A DNA stretch of 64,000 nucleotides from assembly GCF_009914755.1 (NCBI RefSeq), contig NC_060925.1; one strand, written 5' to 3'. Shown here in pieces: positions 1 through 10,161 of the stretch; position 1 is the first letter of the stretch; each line of letters opens with the position of its first letter. This stretch comes from the human T2T-CHM13v2.0 reference genome, Homo sapiens. The notes under the pieces were generated by a model. The model saw only the letters and a list, made by a program, of their open reading frames with translations. It ran no database searches and was not told where the DNA came from. Both the position numbers and the translations under genes were made by a program.

Positions 1-204
1 CACTGATAGGAGACACTAACTAAATATTGATTGAATGAAGGTGTCATTGAGCAAATGAATGAATAAATGCAGCATAATAATTAATCACGTCCTGGCATAT
101 CAAGTGTCAAAATTAAATTATTGAATTACAGAATAAAATTACCACTAAAGGTAGATTGTCTTAAATTGTCTTAAATTTTGTTAATTTTCATCATTGAAGG
201 TTAG

Positions 205-251
205 TGTTTTTTTGTTTTTGTTTTTGTTTTTTGTTTGTTTGTTTGTTTTTT
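205..251. repeat. (TTTTTG)n/(TTTG)n microsatellite
   Basis: Directly visible: tgtttttttgtttttgtttttgttttttgtttgtttgtttgtttttt. Confidence 0.9.
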
Positions 252-2958
252 ATCCTCTGACTATATATATGTGACTTCCTGGATTGAAAATCATTTAAAC
301 AGAAAATTAATTTCCCAATGTTGTTTTCATACATTGCCCATATATGTTGTACATTTTTGGAAAGGGATTTAGTAAAAAGCAAGATGTGAGAATAAAACAG
401 AAACTGTCATTTCAAAAGTTTTTTGAAATGGATTTTTGATCTAGATAATTTTACATTAATACTTTAAAATCAGACTTGAAAAAAATGATGGCTTTTCTTT
501 AACTTATGTCTAAAATGTGAATTTTAGGAGAATGGGAGACCCTGATTCAAGGAGAAAAGAGCCTTATTTTTCTTAAAACCAATGAGAAATTTGTTTTAAA
601 AATACATAAATATGTAAATTTTAAGAGATAATTCAAATCTCTGAAGAAAGAGGACTGTTAATTTATGTATAATAAAAGCACTTAGTCAATATTTATTCTA
701 TTTCTATAGCCCAGTGTGTAAAGATTTAAATCATAATGAGCTACTCCTAGGCAAGCAGAATAATGCAACATAGGCGTTTCCAGTGGAAATCTGCTAACCT
801 TATACTATTGAGGAAAACCCAACATCTGCATTGAAATAAGGACATTCTTTGGACTCTTAAGAAATTACAGGCCTCATTTTTGTGGGTTGAAGTGTTTGGA
901 TAACTTGATAAGGAGATTATATAATTCCCTTATAGGGATATTTACTTAGCATTGTTTTCATTTTGTAACAATAACAAATGACAAATGTAACTTCAGAAAT
1001 AGGAAACAAAATGACAGTTATATCCCTGGATGATCAAAGTTGTGAGATCAAGAAGTTATAGAAATATTCAGCTCTCTTTCTAGTTTCACTTATACTTTTA
1101 AGATTGTGCATATTTCCTACCAGATCTGCACACTCCCTGTGGTGGAAAAGGTCAGCGTCGACCCTGTGAACACTGTTCACACTCCTTCGTTAAGTTATTT
1201 AGTTAGCCAAAACTTAGATATTTTCACAAAAGTCCCAGTAAATATTGAACTCTAATCCACTTATATTACTTAAAATTCTGCATGATCACAGTTGTATATT
1301 TTTTTACATACATAAACTATCTGATGTTATTCTTTTTTAATATAGGATTATTCATACAAATATTTCCATGTTCTGGTATTATCTAAAGATTTATAATTTT
1401 GAAAAAAAGAGTATTATTCAATAAACCATAATGGCCAATCCTATTCCAAATTTATTAAAAATGAGTTTAGATTCAAACCCACTCCCCTATATGCATTATT
1501 TGTCCCACTCAAAAGTTTATCCTGGAAGAGCAATATTATCCTTTATATTACCCTTTCCCAGAAGAGAAAAATTTTTAAATGTGCCTCATTTAATGACTTT
1601 AAAATACATACAAAACATTCTTTCAAGCATTTTTTTTGAAAATTGAGTAAAAAATGTTTAACAAAAAAGGTGTTAACTTTATGTTTTAAGGAAAAATATT
1701 GAAAATGTTATCCTGGAGTGCCTCACCTTAGGATGACTCTGCTGCCGTCCTAGCTTTCCCTTTGGAGTCTGAAGGACGGGTGTAGTCTCCTTAATGTTCT
1801 GGCTAGGTCATTGTCTCATTCTGGGAGCTGTCAAGCACTCTCCTGAGCCTTGCAGGGTCCAGTAGAATAATTCCATACGTGAACTCTCATAGGCAGCATT
1901 TGCAACAGGTGGTACAAGGCATTTAAGATTGGGTAGAACGATGTCGATATTCTGTGAGTAATTTTTATATTGTCTTCCTGTTTATATTCTACATTTTGTA
2001 AGTATTGTTTAGGACTTTATTTGCTAGTAATGGGACTTTTATTTAAGGCAAAAATCTGCATCGTGCAATGTATCTTGCAGAAGCAGAGATGAATTTTAGC
2101 AGATGACATATTGCCATAAGACAAGATTGTTTAAATGAGAGAAATTTAACTTTAATCATATTTGTGCTTTGTAGTTTTGCCCCATCATTCAGTTTTTTAA
2201 TTAAAGAAACTATAATGTCAGGTTTGGTTAAAATATCATTGTCAGAAAATTTGAAACTCACTGGGATCTTAGCTTTAAGACTGAGACTTTCATTTTAAAA
2301 ATAAAATAGCTGAATGAAAAATAGTTTGCTTTAGTTAAGAATACATACATAAAGTGTTTAATTGTTAAATGTGAAAAAAGTTTTGAGTAGCCTTGTGTTA
2401 CATTTTTTAAGCTTGACCAGAATCTAAGAAAGATGAAAATTAATTTCAAATACTGAAGCTAAAACATGTTAATGAACTAAATAAAAGTTGACACATTTCT
2501 AATTTTATCCATCTTCCCACCTTTTACCCTTAAGTATTTAAAGTATTCATAGACAAAAGCCATCCCTTATCATTTCACTCCAGTTAACAGTGCATAAACT
2601 GAAGTTTGGATATTTTCTCAAAAGATGTGTCAAAATATACATTTCAAGTGCATTAACCACTTTCCTTATGCTTCTGAAGATAAATGAATTGCCTGAACAT
2701 CTCAAGATCTTGAAAGTTTATAGTGATGGAAGCATAGGTTGCAAGTGAATGTGTTGGCCTTGTAAATTCTACTCCTAGAACTGTAGCATAAGCACCTTCT
2801 TAATTAAAGAATGACGCAGTCATAAATTTATGTATACCATGACGCGTGGAAGTATCAAAAATTTCAACTTTCCATATGTCAAAAGAGGAGAAACTATTAT
2901 TTTAATATAGTTGAACACTAGTTGGAAATAGTAGTCTTTTCACTGTGTTTTGCCCAGA

Positions 2959-2996
2959 CCCAGACTGGCAGAGTTAACCCAGACTGGCAGAGTTAA
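2959..2996. repeat. Perfect 19-bp tandem duplication (CCCAGACTGGCAGAGTTAA)x2
   Basis: 2959-2977 and 2978-2996 are identical. Confidence 0.95.
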
Positions 2997-3516
2997 CTCA
3001 AAGCACTTGATCCTTTGGAATACTCTTTTTCTCCCTTTTCTTTTCTCTGTCTTTCCACCCTATCCCCTTCCAAAAAAAAAAAAAAAAAAAAAAATCATGA
3101 CATAGAAAACCATACTTAGTTTATGGACAAGAATTCTTAGAATAATTTATTCTTTGTTAAGCATCAGACTGAAGTTATATTGTTTTGTTATATTGAGTTT
3201 TTATATCAATATAGGGTGCTGCAAAGCTGTGTACAATAAAGGTCAAGGGTAGTGATTTGCTGACAACAATTAGGAAAAGAGAACTATAGAATGCACAGGA
3301 ACATTTTCAGAAATGGGTTTTATTATATTTCATAGGCACCACTCACTTTACTTTTGGTGGGTTTTAATACTTGAATCAAAATAAAATAATACATGAGTTA
3401 AGTATTAAACCAACAGATTAAAACCCCAGGCCCCCGAGCCCCTCATTTTGGTTGTAGCTCTTGGTGTAGATGCTATGGTGTGAGGGCTGCTTTCTTTCAA
3501 TGGCTGGTTGTCATTC

Positions 3517-3626
3517 AGGCTGGGTTGTCATGTGACTGCCTGTCTGTGCCTGCTGTACAGGTGAGCGGATGTTCTGCACAGCAAGTGTAGACAGGCAGAC
3601 ACATGACAACTCTGTCCAGCCAGGCC
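3517..3626 (-). ncRNA. MIR214: pre-miR-214 (miR-214-3p at 3535-3556, miR-214-5p at 3576-3597)
   Basis: Reverse complement of 3535-3556 is ACAGCAGGCACAGACAGGCAGU (miR-214-3p) and of 3576-3597 is UGCCUGUCUACACUUGCUGUGC (miR-214-5p). Long inverted repeat GTTGTCATGTG...CACATGACAAC. Confidence 0.99.
3527..3607 (+). ncRNA. MIR3120: pre-miR-3120, mirror miRNA of miR-214
   Basis: The plus strand contains CCTGTCTGTGCCTGCTGTACA (5p, 3539-3559) and CACAGCAAGTGTAGACAGGCA (3p, 3577-3597). The hairpin also folds on this strand using G-U pairs. Confidence 0.93.
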
Positions 3627-6600
3627 CTTGGTTCCTTCAGGTTTCCTTTGCTCATAGACAGATACAATCAGCCTGTTTTCCAGATTTGGTGATTTTGGAG
3701 AGTAAGGGGAAAGGGAGAAAAATACACAATATAATTAAACATTAAAACATTATGGAACTAAAAACAAGTTAGACTTTTGACTTTATTCAGAAAGTACATT
3801 TATACATTTGTTCCAAATGTGCTAACATGGATAATTTGCGTAACAGAAAACTCACATTAAAATTTTAAGGAAAAAAAGAGATTAAACACAAGGTTTATTC
3901 TTAAGTCCAATTCATATTATTACTGGCCCACATGTAGTCAGAGTTCAGCGTAATTGAACCAGATGTTTTTCCTCTTTGCAAAAAACTGCATATTTTAATA
4001 CTGAAGTTAAAGATAAAAACTATGTTTATGCATGTTTCTTTTAGTAGATAAGTACCATAACCTTGTCCATGAAAAAGAAAATTATCATTTACATGGAAAC
4101 AGCAGCCCTTTTCAAAATAATTAATGAGCCTAATTTATTTGGCAACCCAAGTTGCTGACTTTGGTATTTGATGCTCTGATAATAGGATCCTACAAGGGAA
4201 TATGTTTTTACCAATTATATGTGAAACAACAGGAACCTATTTAAATGTCTCATTTTCCTTTTAAATGCAAAGTTTATAACTGTGGATGTGAAATCAAATT
4301 AAAGGCAGTTGTGAGCTTAAGTTATCCACCTCTTAATTAACTATAGGGCCATGCTGTGAATCAAAAGGGTACAAACTGGAAGGCTGTTACTCACAGTGAT
4401 GCTCAGAATGTGTTTTGGATATAGTTAGTGCAATATAGTTACAAAATAGTACTTAAGAAAAGGCAGAAAAGGCAAATTCATTTCATATCCAAAAAATTAA
4501 AACCAGATCCTTTGAAAATTTTTCTTATAATTTATATGAGCTAATAGTGTTAAATATGCAGATATAAAATTTAATTCTGGTGAGTTGAGAGTAATTCTAT
4601 TTTAATATCAATTATCAATTCACATCTTTAGAAGTATTAAGCAAATTCCCCTCCCCTTTTAAAAACAAAAATATCCAAATAGTCAAAATTCCAGTAAGTA
4701 GGACTTCTTAAAAAACACAGCACCAAAAAAACACAGTATTGTCCAAGGATTGTATAATTAGACATTTTCTCAAAGAACTTTAAGAAAAACAAACAGTTTG
4801 TGATTTATCTTTAATTGTAAAATTCTGAGAAAATAGCAAATAGAAACTTAATGGAAAGCAAAATAGTTTTAGATACTGAGAAAATTACAATTTTCTACAA
4901 ATCTGGACTTTTATGCAGTGATTAGGTAAGGTAATGTTTTAACAAAAGCTAATAAGTGCCATTTTCTGTGTATTTATGTAATTTCAAGAAAACAAATTTC
5001 CGATTCTGTTTCGGCCATCACTTTCGAGTAAAGGAACTTTTTTTTTTTCTTGACAGAATCAAAAACATGAGTAAACTTGGCTGTTATTTAAATAATTACA
5101 AGGTTAGAGTATGCCAAAAACCAGTGCCTTAAAATACTATTGTGTTATTGTTGCTGCATTCAGTGCAACAGAAAGTAATTATAGAGTGATTCACTTACAA
5201 AGAGTATATTGGTGGAAATTAAAAATTACTATAATTCTTTATAACTTTTCCTCTCTCTCCCATAAATAATTTGATCCAGTTAACTCTGCTCAATTAAAGG
5301 AATGATGCATGCAACCTGAAAAAATAAAAAGAAATATTTGTGAGTTTGTATGTTATGCTTTAATATAAAACAGTTTTATTAAGGCAAGATATAAAAATTT
5401 TTTGAGCCAGAAAAACCACAACAGTTTTTCAGGGGAAAAAAAAAATCTTGCTGAAAACAATTGTTCTATTCATAAGGCTTTTGGACAATTTATGTTTCTG
5501 ATAGATTTTTAAAACACACTTACAGTAACTATGTGACATATGCACACTTCATTGTTATGTTGAACCTGCCCCTAAACTTGTTAAAAAGATGAAAGACTGA
5601 AAACCATATTGACCTTTTTTTAATCTCCCAAATTATAGGTTGAATATTAGTTTATTATTACTTAAAATACTAGCTAAAACATAAAAGAGCTATTTGTATT
5701 ATTATCATACCATGTAATTTTTAGTGTGGTTATTACACCTTGTTTTCTTTTTGTCTTTTATTTCTTAAGGAAAAAAATGTAAGAAAAGAATTGTCTTCTA
5801 AGTCTTCTGTAGTGAAATTAAACCAAAGCAACTCCAGGAAACTGGCTGTCACGCTAAGTCAAAAAATTCAAAATGAAGATTTAATTATTTTTCCTAATTT
5901 ACTTCGTTATCTCTAACTATTAAAACTGATAAAAATTATTTGTAAGAGACCTTTGAAAATGAGTAAATATTTATTTCTACTTAATTTACAGAACATGAAA
6001 GTAAGAAGGGATTTGAAGTAAGAAAGTTTCTATCTTAACTCAGGAATTTCCTGTCTCAGGTTAAAGCCTGACCTTCTAGTTATTTTAAGCCAGGATTTCT
6101 GAGTGATGGTCTCTTAGTTATTATTTTGACGTTATTGTGATGGGTGGGCTATTCTCCTTAGAGCAGAGTAAAGTGCATTGTTTATAAAGAGCAGATCCCT
6201 TACAGAGTAAGTGAAAGCTTTGGCGTCTCTTTACCGAGCATGGATGCTTGTGGATGAGTGAATTTTTTCACATTACCAAGTTGTACTTTTTATATCTTAT
6301 AACAGCTTAAGACTTCAACCAAAAAAGTGGGGAGAATTCTTTCATTAGGATTTTTATGCCTAAACTGTTTCCCACAGAGTGAAATACATGGGTGGTCTGT
6401 AGGCGAGAGGTGGGGGTAGATAGTATATTTTGGTCTTTTACAAACATAAACATATTATCTGGGCCGAAAGCCCGAATGCCAAGCAGGAAGGATATTAAGC
6501 CTATTGACTAACTACAGGAAAGTGATCAGTGTGAAACTTTGTCCTATAGTAAACAGTCTTTCTTTGATTTTGAGATCTGTGGCCTAAAAGAAAAATGAGT

Positions 6601-9253
6601 TTGAAAATTTAAGTCCACCGTTTTAGATTGATCCTTTTCCAGTTAAGAAATTGTGGTGTTGAAGCTAAGGCTCTGAACTTCCTTTCTCTTAGATGGTGGA
6701 AAAGTCCTTTTAACCCAGTACCTAGTCCAATTTATCAATCATTCACATGCTAAAATGAAAAATAATTATGAAATTTCTATGAAGTGTAGTTTGGACAGAC
6801 CCTGAAACAATTTTCTCTTCATGACCACATATAATGTTTAATTTTAATACTTACACTTATTACATCCAGGGGTAGTTTTAGTTGAAGATGCTCACTGTTG
6901 GTTAGTTTCCTCTGGAATAGATTCCATGATCCCTAAAATATTTGTATATCTCCTTATAAAGTAATATGAAAATAAAATTAAACATTTTTCTAATTTACCT
7001 GGATATAGATATGGCTATAATGTATATAAATGTGGGCGTGTGTACCAGCGCATAAACTACAATCCTGCCTTCATTCAGCAGAGCTTTATAAAATGAGCTT
7101 TTACCTTTGATCTTTAATTTAGCCCATATAATTGAAAAATAAGTACTATTCGTTTTCATTTGTTAAAACTTTGCCTCGAAAATAAGTCGCTAGAGCCACA
7201 TCAAGCATGTGCAGGAACTCCTTGGTTATCCTTTTACAAAGTAATTCTTATATTTCTACTCCTGTACTTATGCCAGAGGCACCCTTATGTCCCTTCTATC
7301 TCCAGACTAAAAGTCATCCTGAGGGAGAAAATAGGTGAGGGACCCATAGGGATTCATTTCTTTGAAACAAAAAGACCGTTTAACATGAAGAAAGAAATTG
7401 AAATTAAATATACATTAAATGAAAGCAAATTTTGAAATGTAATCATTTCTAGAGTAAAAAAAAAAAAAAAACCCAGAAAATTTGAGAAAAACATTACCAA
7501 AGTACCTTGTTAGCTATTTTTCCTCTTCAGTAATTGTATCAATTAGAAAAAATATATTTCTTGAAAAAATGAGCTCCTCTAAGTTACTTTTTTTAGTTTT
7601 CTTATGTAAAAGAAACTATATAGATTTTTAACATCTCATTTGTTCTACTAAAAATAATTAATATGGAACTCTCCAAGTCACAATAGAAAATGAAAGGTTA
7701 ACTTTACTATATCATCTAAGTGAAAGTAGCTAAATTTCTCCTTGCTGTTTATATTTTAACTAATAATCATGAATATATGAGAATACTTAATGTTTTCTTT
7801 ATACACATTTTGGGGTGATCAGAAGGGTAATTTTTAAAGTAAGTTGTTTTGACAAAAGAAAACTTAGGGAATCTTTTATAATAAAATATTTTGCTAAAGA
7901 GAACTTGAGTCAATTTTTGAATTGTTGCAAAATGTATAACTTAGAAAAGAATTTGTTCAGGAACCACTGTAACTTTAAAGGAGGACAAAAGAGATTATGT
8001 TTATTTTTCACAAACCCTGTAGAAGAGATGTTTTCATTATATAGAATTGTTTCGGAATAGAAATTAATGGGGGTTAAGAAAATTAGGGATGAGGCAATAA
8101 CATTTTTCCAGAACTTTCTTTAAGGGGCCGACCTCTAAAGTTCAGCACAGATCACATTGCAATCCAGACTTGCTCTATTATTTTCTCTATTAGGATTTCA
8201 TTCAGCTTGAGGGTTTTCTTCCCTCCCACCTTCCTCCCCCTCTCCCACCCTCTTTCACCTCCAGGACAGCTGGAAACTGACCAAAGAAAACTTCTGCCTT
8301 CGTTTACAAATTCCTTTTTTATCAGTGGGTTTCTAGACAAAGTGCCTTATTTTAAATGCTCAGAGAAGTGGAAGCATTGTAAGCTATAGGCAAGAGGGCT
8401 CAGCTGAGCAGCAATTATTAACCACTCTTTGATTTAAAAAAAATGTAAAACAGATATTTACAGGGGTATCTAAAGATAGAGGTTTTTATTCCCTGATTTA
8501 CTCAGTTGCTGACTCAATAAGTTGTGGGTCGGCGCTCTTCTCTGGGCAAATCCCATCTGCATTGTCTGGTAGGCAAGACTTGGCAGGTTCTTCTTTTATT
8601 GTTAGGTACTATTATTCCTGTTGTTTATATTACAGAAGGAAATCTTCAGAAAAGCACTATCCATATAGCATTTAAAAACCAGCAAGTATTCTTTACTTTG
8701 GGGAAAAATGACTTCAGTCCTGGGATGTTAAAAGTTATACATACAGCCTTCATCCATATAAGTTTTTAAATCTTTGAATTATTATTAAACAATTCAAAAG
8801 TAGCCTCATTAAACTATTCTTAAGTGTCTGGAATGAGTTTTTTCATATTTCATTTTGAAGTGGGAAAACCTTTAAGAAAACACTTGAATTATCAATCTTC
8901 AGAAATAAAAAAAAAAAAAACAGTAAATCGCTATATACCACACACTTTTGCTCTTTTAAAATTAAATACATCTCTACCCATCACACATGTACCTCTGTTT
9001 CCCTTGCATGTTAACACAAATCATGGGCTCCCCACCTAGGTTCCCTTGGTCACAGACCAGGTGAGCAGTCAAGAAGGCCTTACCCGCTGGTCTTCCCTTC
9101 GGCAGTCTTTTCTCAGCAGTGTCCCCGAGGGCTTCTTGGTCCCTAGTGTGCAAAACCTGTGAAGAAAAACACTGGATATGAGATTCAAAAAAGGAGCAAA
9201 CAAATGTCTTCTCCTTGGAAACAGCCCATTTTGTCCCCAGCGGTCCATGGCGT

Positions 9254-9363
9254 TGCTCTCCCTTGCCCAGTCTAACCAATGTGCAGACTACTGTACAACG
9301 GCATTGTCCTGAACAGGTAGTCTGAACACTGGGGCGACGGAGCAGGATCTCCAGAAGCTTCCT
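9254..9363 (-). ncRNA. MIR199A2: pre-miR-199a-2 (miR-199a-5p at 9311-9333, miR-199a-3p at 9273-9294)
   Basis: Reverse complement of 9311-9333 is CCCAGUGUUCAGACUACCUGUUC and of 9273-9294 is ACAGUAGUCUGCACAUUGGUUA. The loop AGGACAAUGCCGUUGU and linkage to miR-214 identify the a-2 paralogue. Confidence 0.99.
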
Positions 9364-9479
9364 TCTATGTACTTAAAATCCTCTCCCGGTCCTCAGGAAA
9401 AGCCTCCCTTCCTGCACCAGGGGTTGCATTCAGCTTTCCCCCCTGAATTCTGCTGCGCTGACTGAGACACACTCAAGGG

Positions 9480-9770
9480 CTGTGATTTCCAGTCTTGACG
9501 TGGCACATTTGCTGCAGACTGGGGAACTGGCAATGAATTTAGGACCAGGAAAAGGGGGAGGGCTGGGCTGGAGAGTCCATATATGGGATGATGTCACCCT
9601 GGGGAGGTTTGGGTATGCGCTGTGCCGCTGGAGAGACCGCTAGAATCGCCTGCTCTCAGACATGGGTCTGTGCATAAAATGGTACCAGATGTTTTAGTGT
9701 AACGTTAAGCAGTCATTTCATCTTCAGGCCAGATTTTTTTCCTCAACTGGGCAGGAAGTGGGCCCCAGTA
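9480..9770 (-). promoter_or_regulatory. Candidate DNM3OS/miR-199a-2~214 promoter
   Basis: Locally GC-richer block just 5' of pre-miR-199a-2. It contains TGACGTGGCAC (9496-9506), CArG CCATATATGG (9577-9586), CRE-like TGATGTCA (9589-9596), E-box CCAGATGT (9685-9692) and ETS CAGGAAGTG (9752-9760). Confidence 0.75.
9577..9586. promoter_or_regulatory. Perfect palindromic CArG box (SRF site)
   Basis: CCATATATGG matches CC(A/T)6GG; SRF control of this miRNA cluster is reported. Confidence 0.75.
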
Positions 9771-10019
9771 TGGAAAAGCTGTAAAAAAAAAAGAGTCAAG
9801 ATGTACAGTTCGGCTGTGGCCAACTGAAAGTGAGTTAGTGTAGAAGTACAAATTTACTGTCTGACCCAGGCTAGAGAAGTAATTTGAAGATAGAGGGTAG
9901 ATGAAATAGTAAACAGAAAGTTGAACACTGGAAGGCAGAGCTCATTTGGAAACCTTTTTGAGCTTTCCTGTGGCACTTTATTTTCTGGTATTTCACTCGT
10001 CAAAAAGGGCAGATAAGTT

Positions 10020-10020
<1 letters not shown>

Positions 10021-10065
<45 letters not shown>

Positions 10066-10161
10066 CCCCTCTTCCCCTCTCCCTCCCTCTCTCTCCCTCC
10101 CTCCCTCCTTCCCTCCCGCTCTCTCTCTCTTTCTCTCCTTCTCTCTCTCCCTCCTTCTCCT
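10021..10161. repeat. (CTGT)6-(CT)10-(CCCT)n compound microsatellite / polypyrimidine tract
   Basis: Directly visible; ~117 nt from 10045 are pyrimidine except one G. Confidence 0.95.

Larger units (their letters stand above)
1600..9560 (-). ncRNA. DNM3OS: DNM3 opposite-strand lncRNA / pri-miR-199a-2~214 (boundaries approximate, 3' end especially)
   Basis: Two minus-strand miRNA hairpins 5.7 kb apart lie downstream of a promoter-like motif cluster at ~9480-9770. A ~8 kb host transcript is established knowledge; its ends cannot be fixed from sequence alone. Confidence 0.8.

Noticed and set aside
3072-3094. A23 run as a retroposon tail or transcript end
   Set aside because: No element body or TSD upstream; likely to cause oligo-dT internal priming artefacts
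8974-9279. 101-aa minus-strand ORF just downstream of miR-199a-2 as a DNM3OS micropeptide
   Set aside because: It starts at a TTG inside miR-199a-3p and would be severed by Drosha; no homology recognised. It would need Ribo-seq or PhyloCSF support.
9554-9587. Promoter G-quadruplex on the + strand
   Set aside because: Only three close G3 tracts; the fourth needs a 17-nt loop
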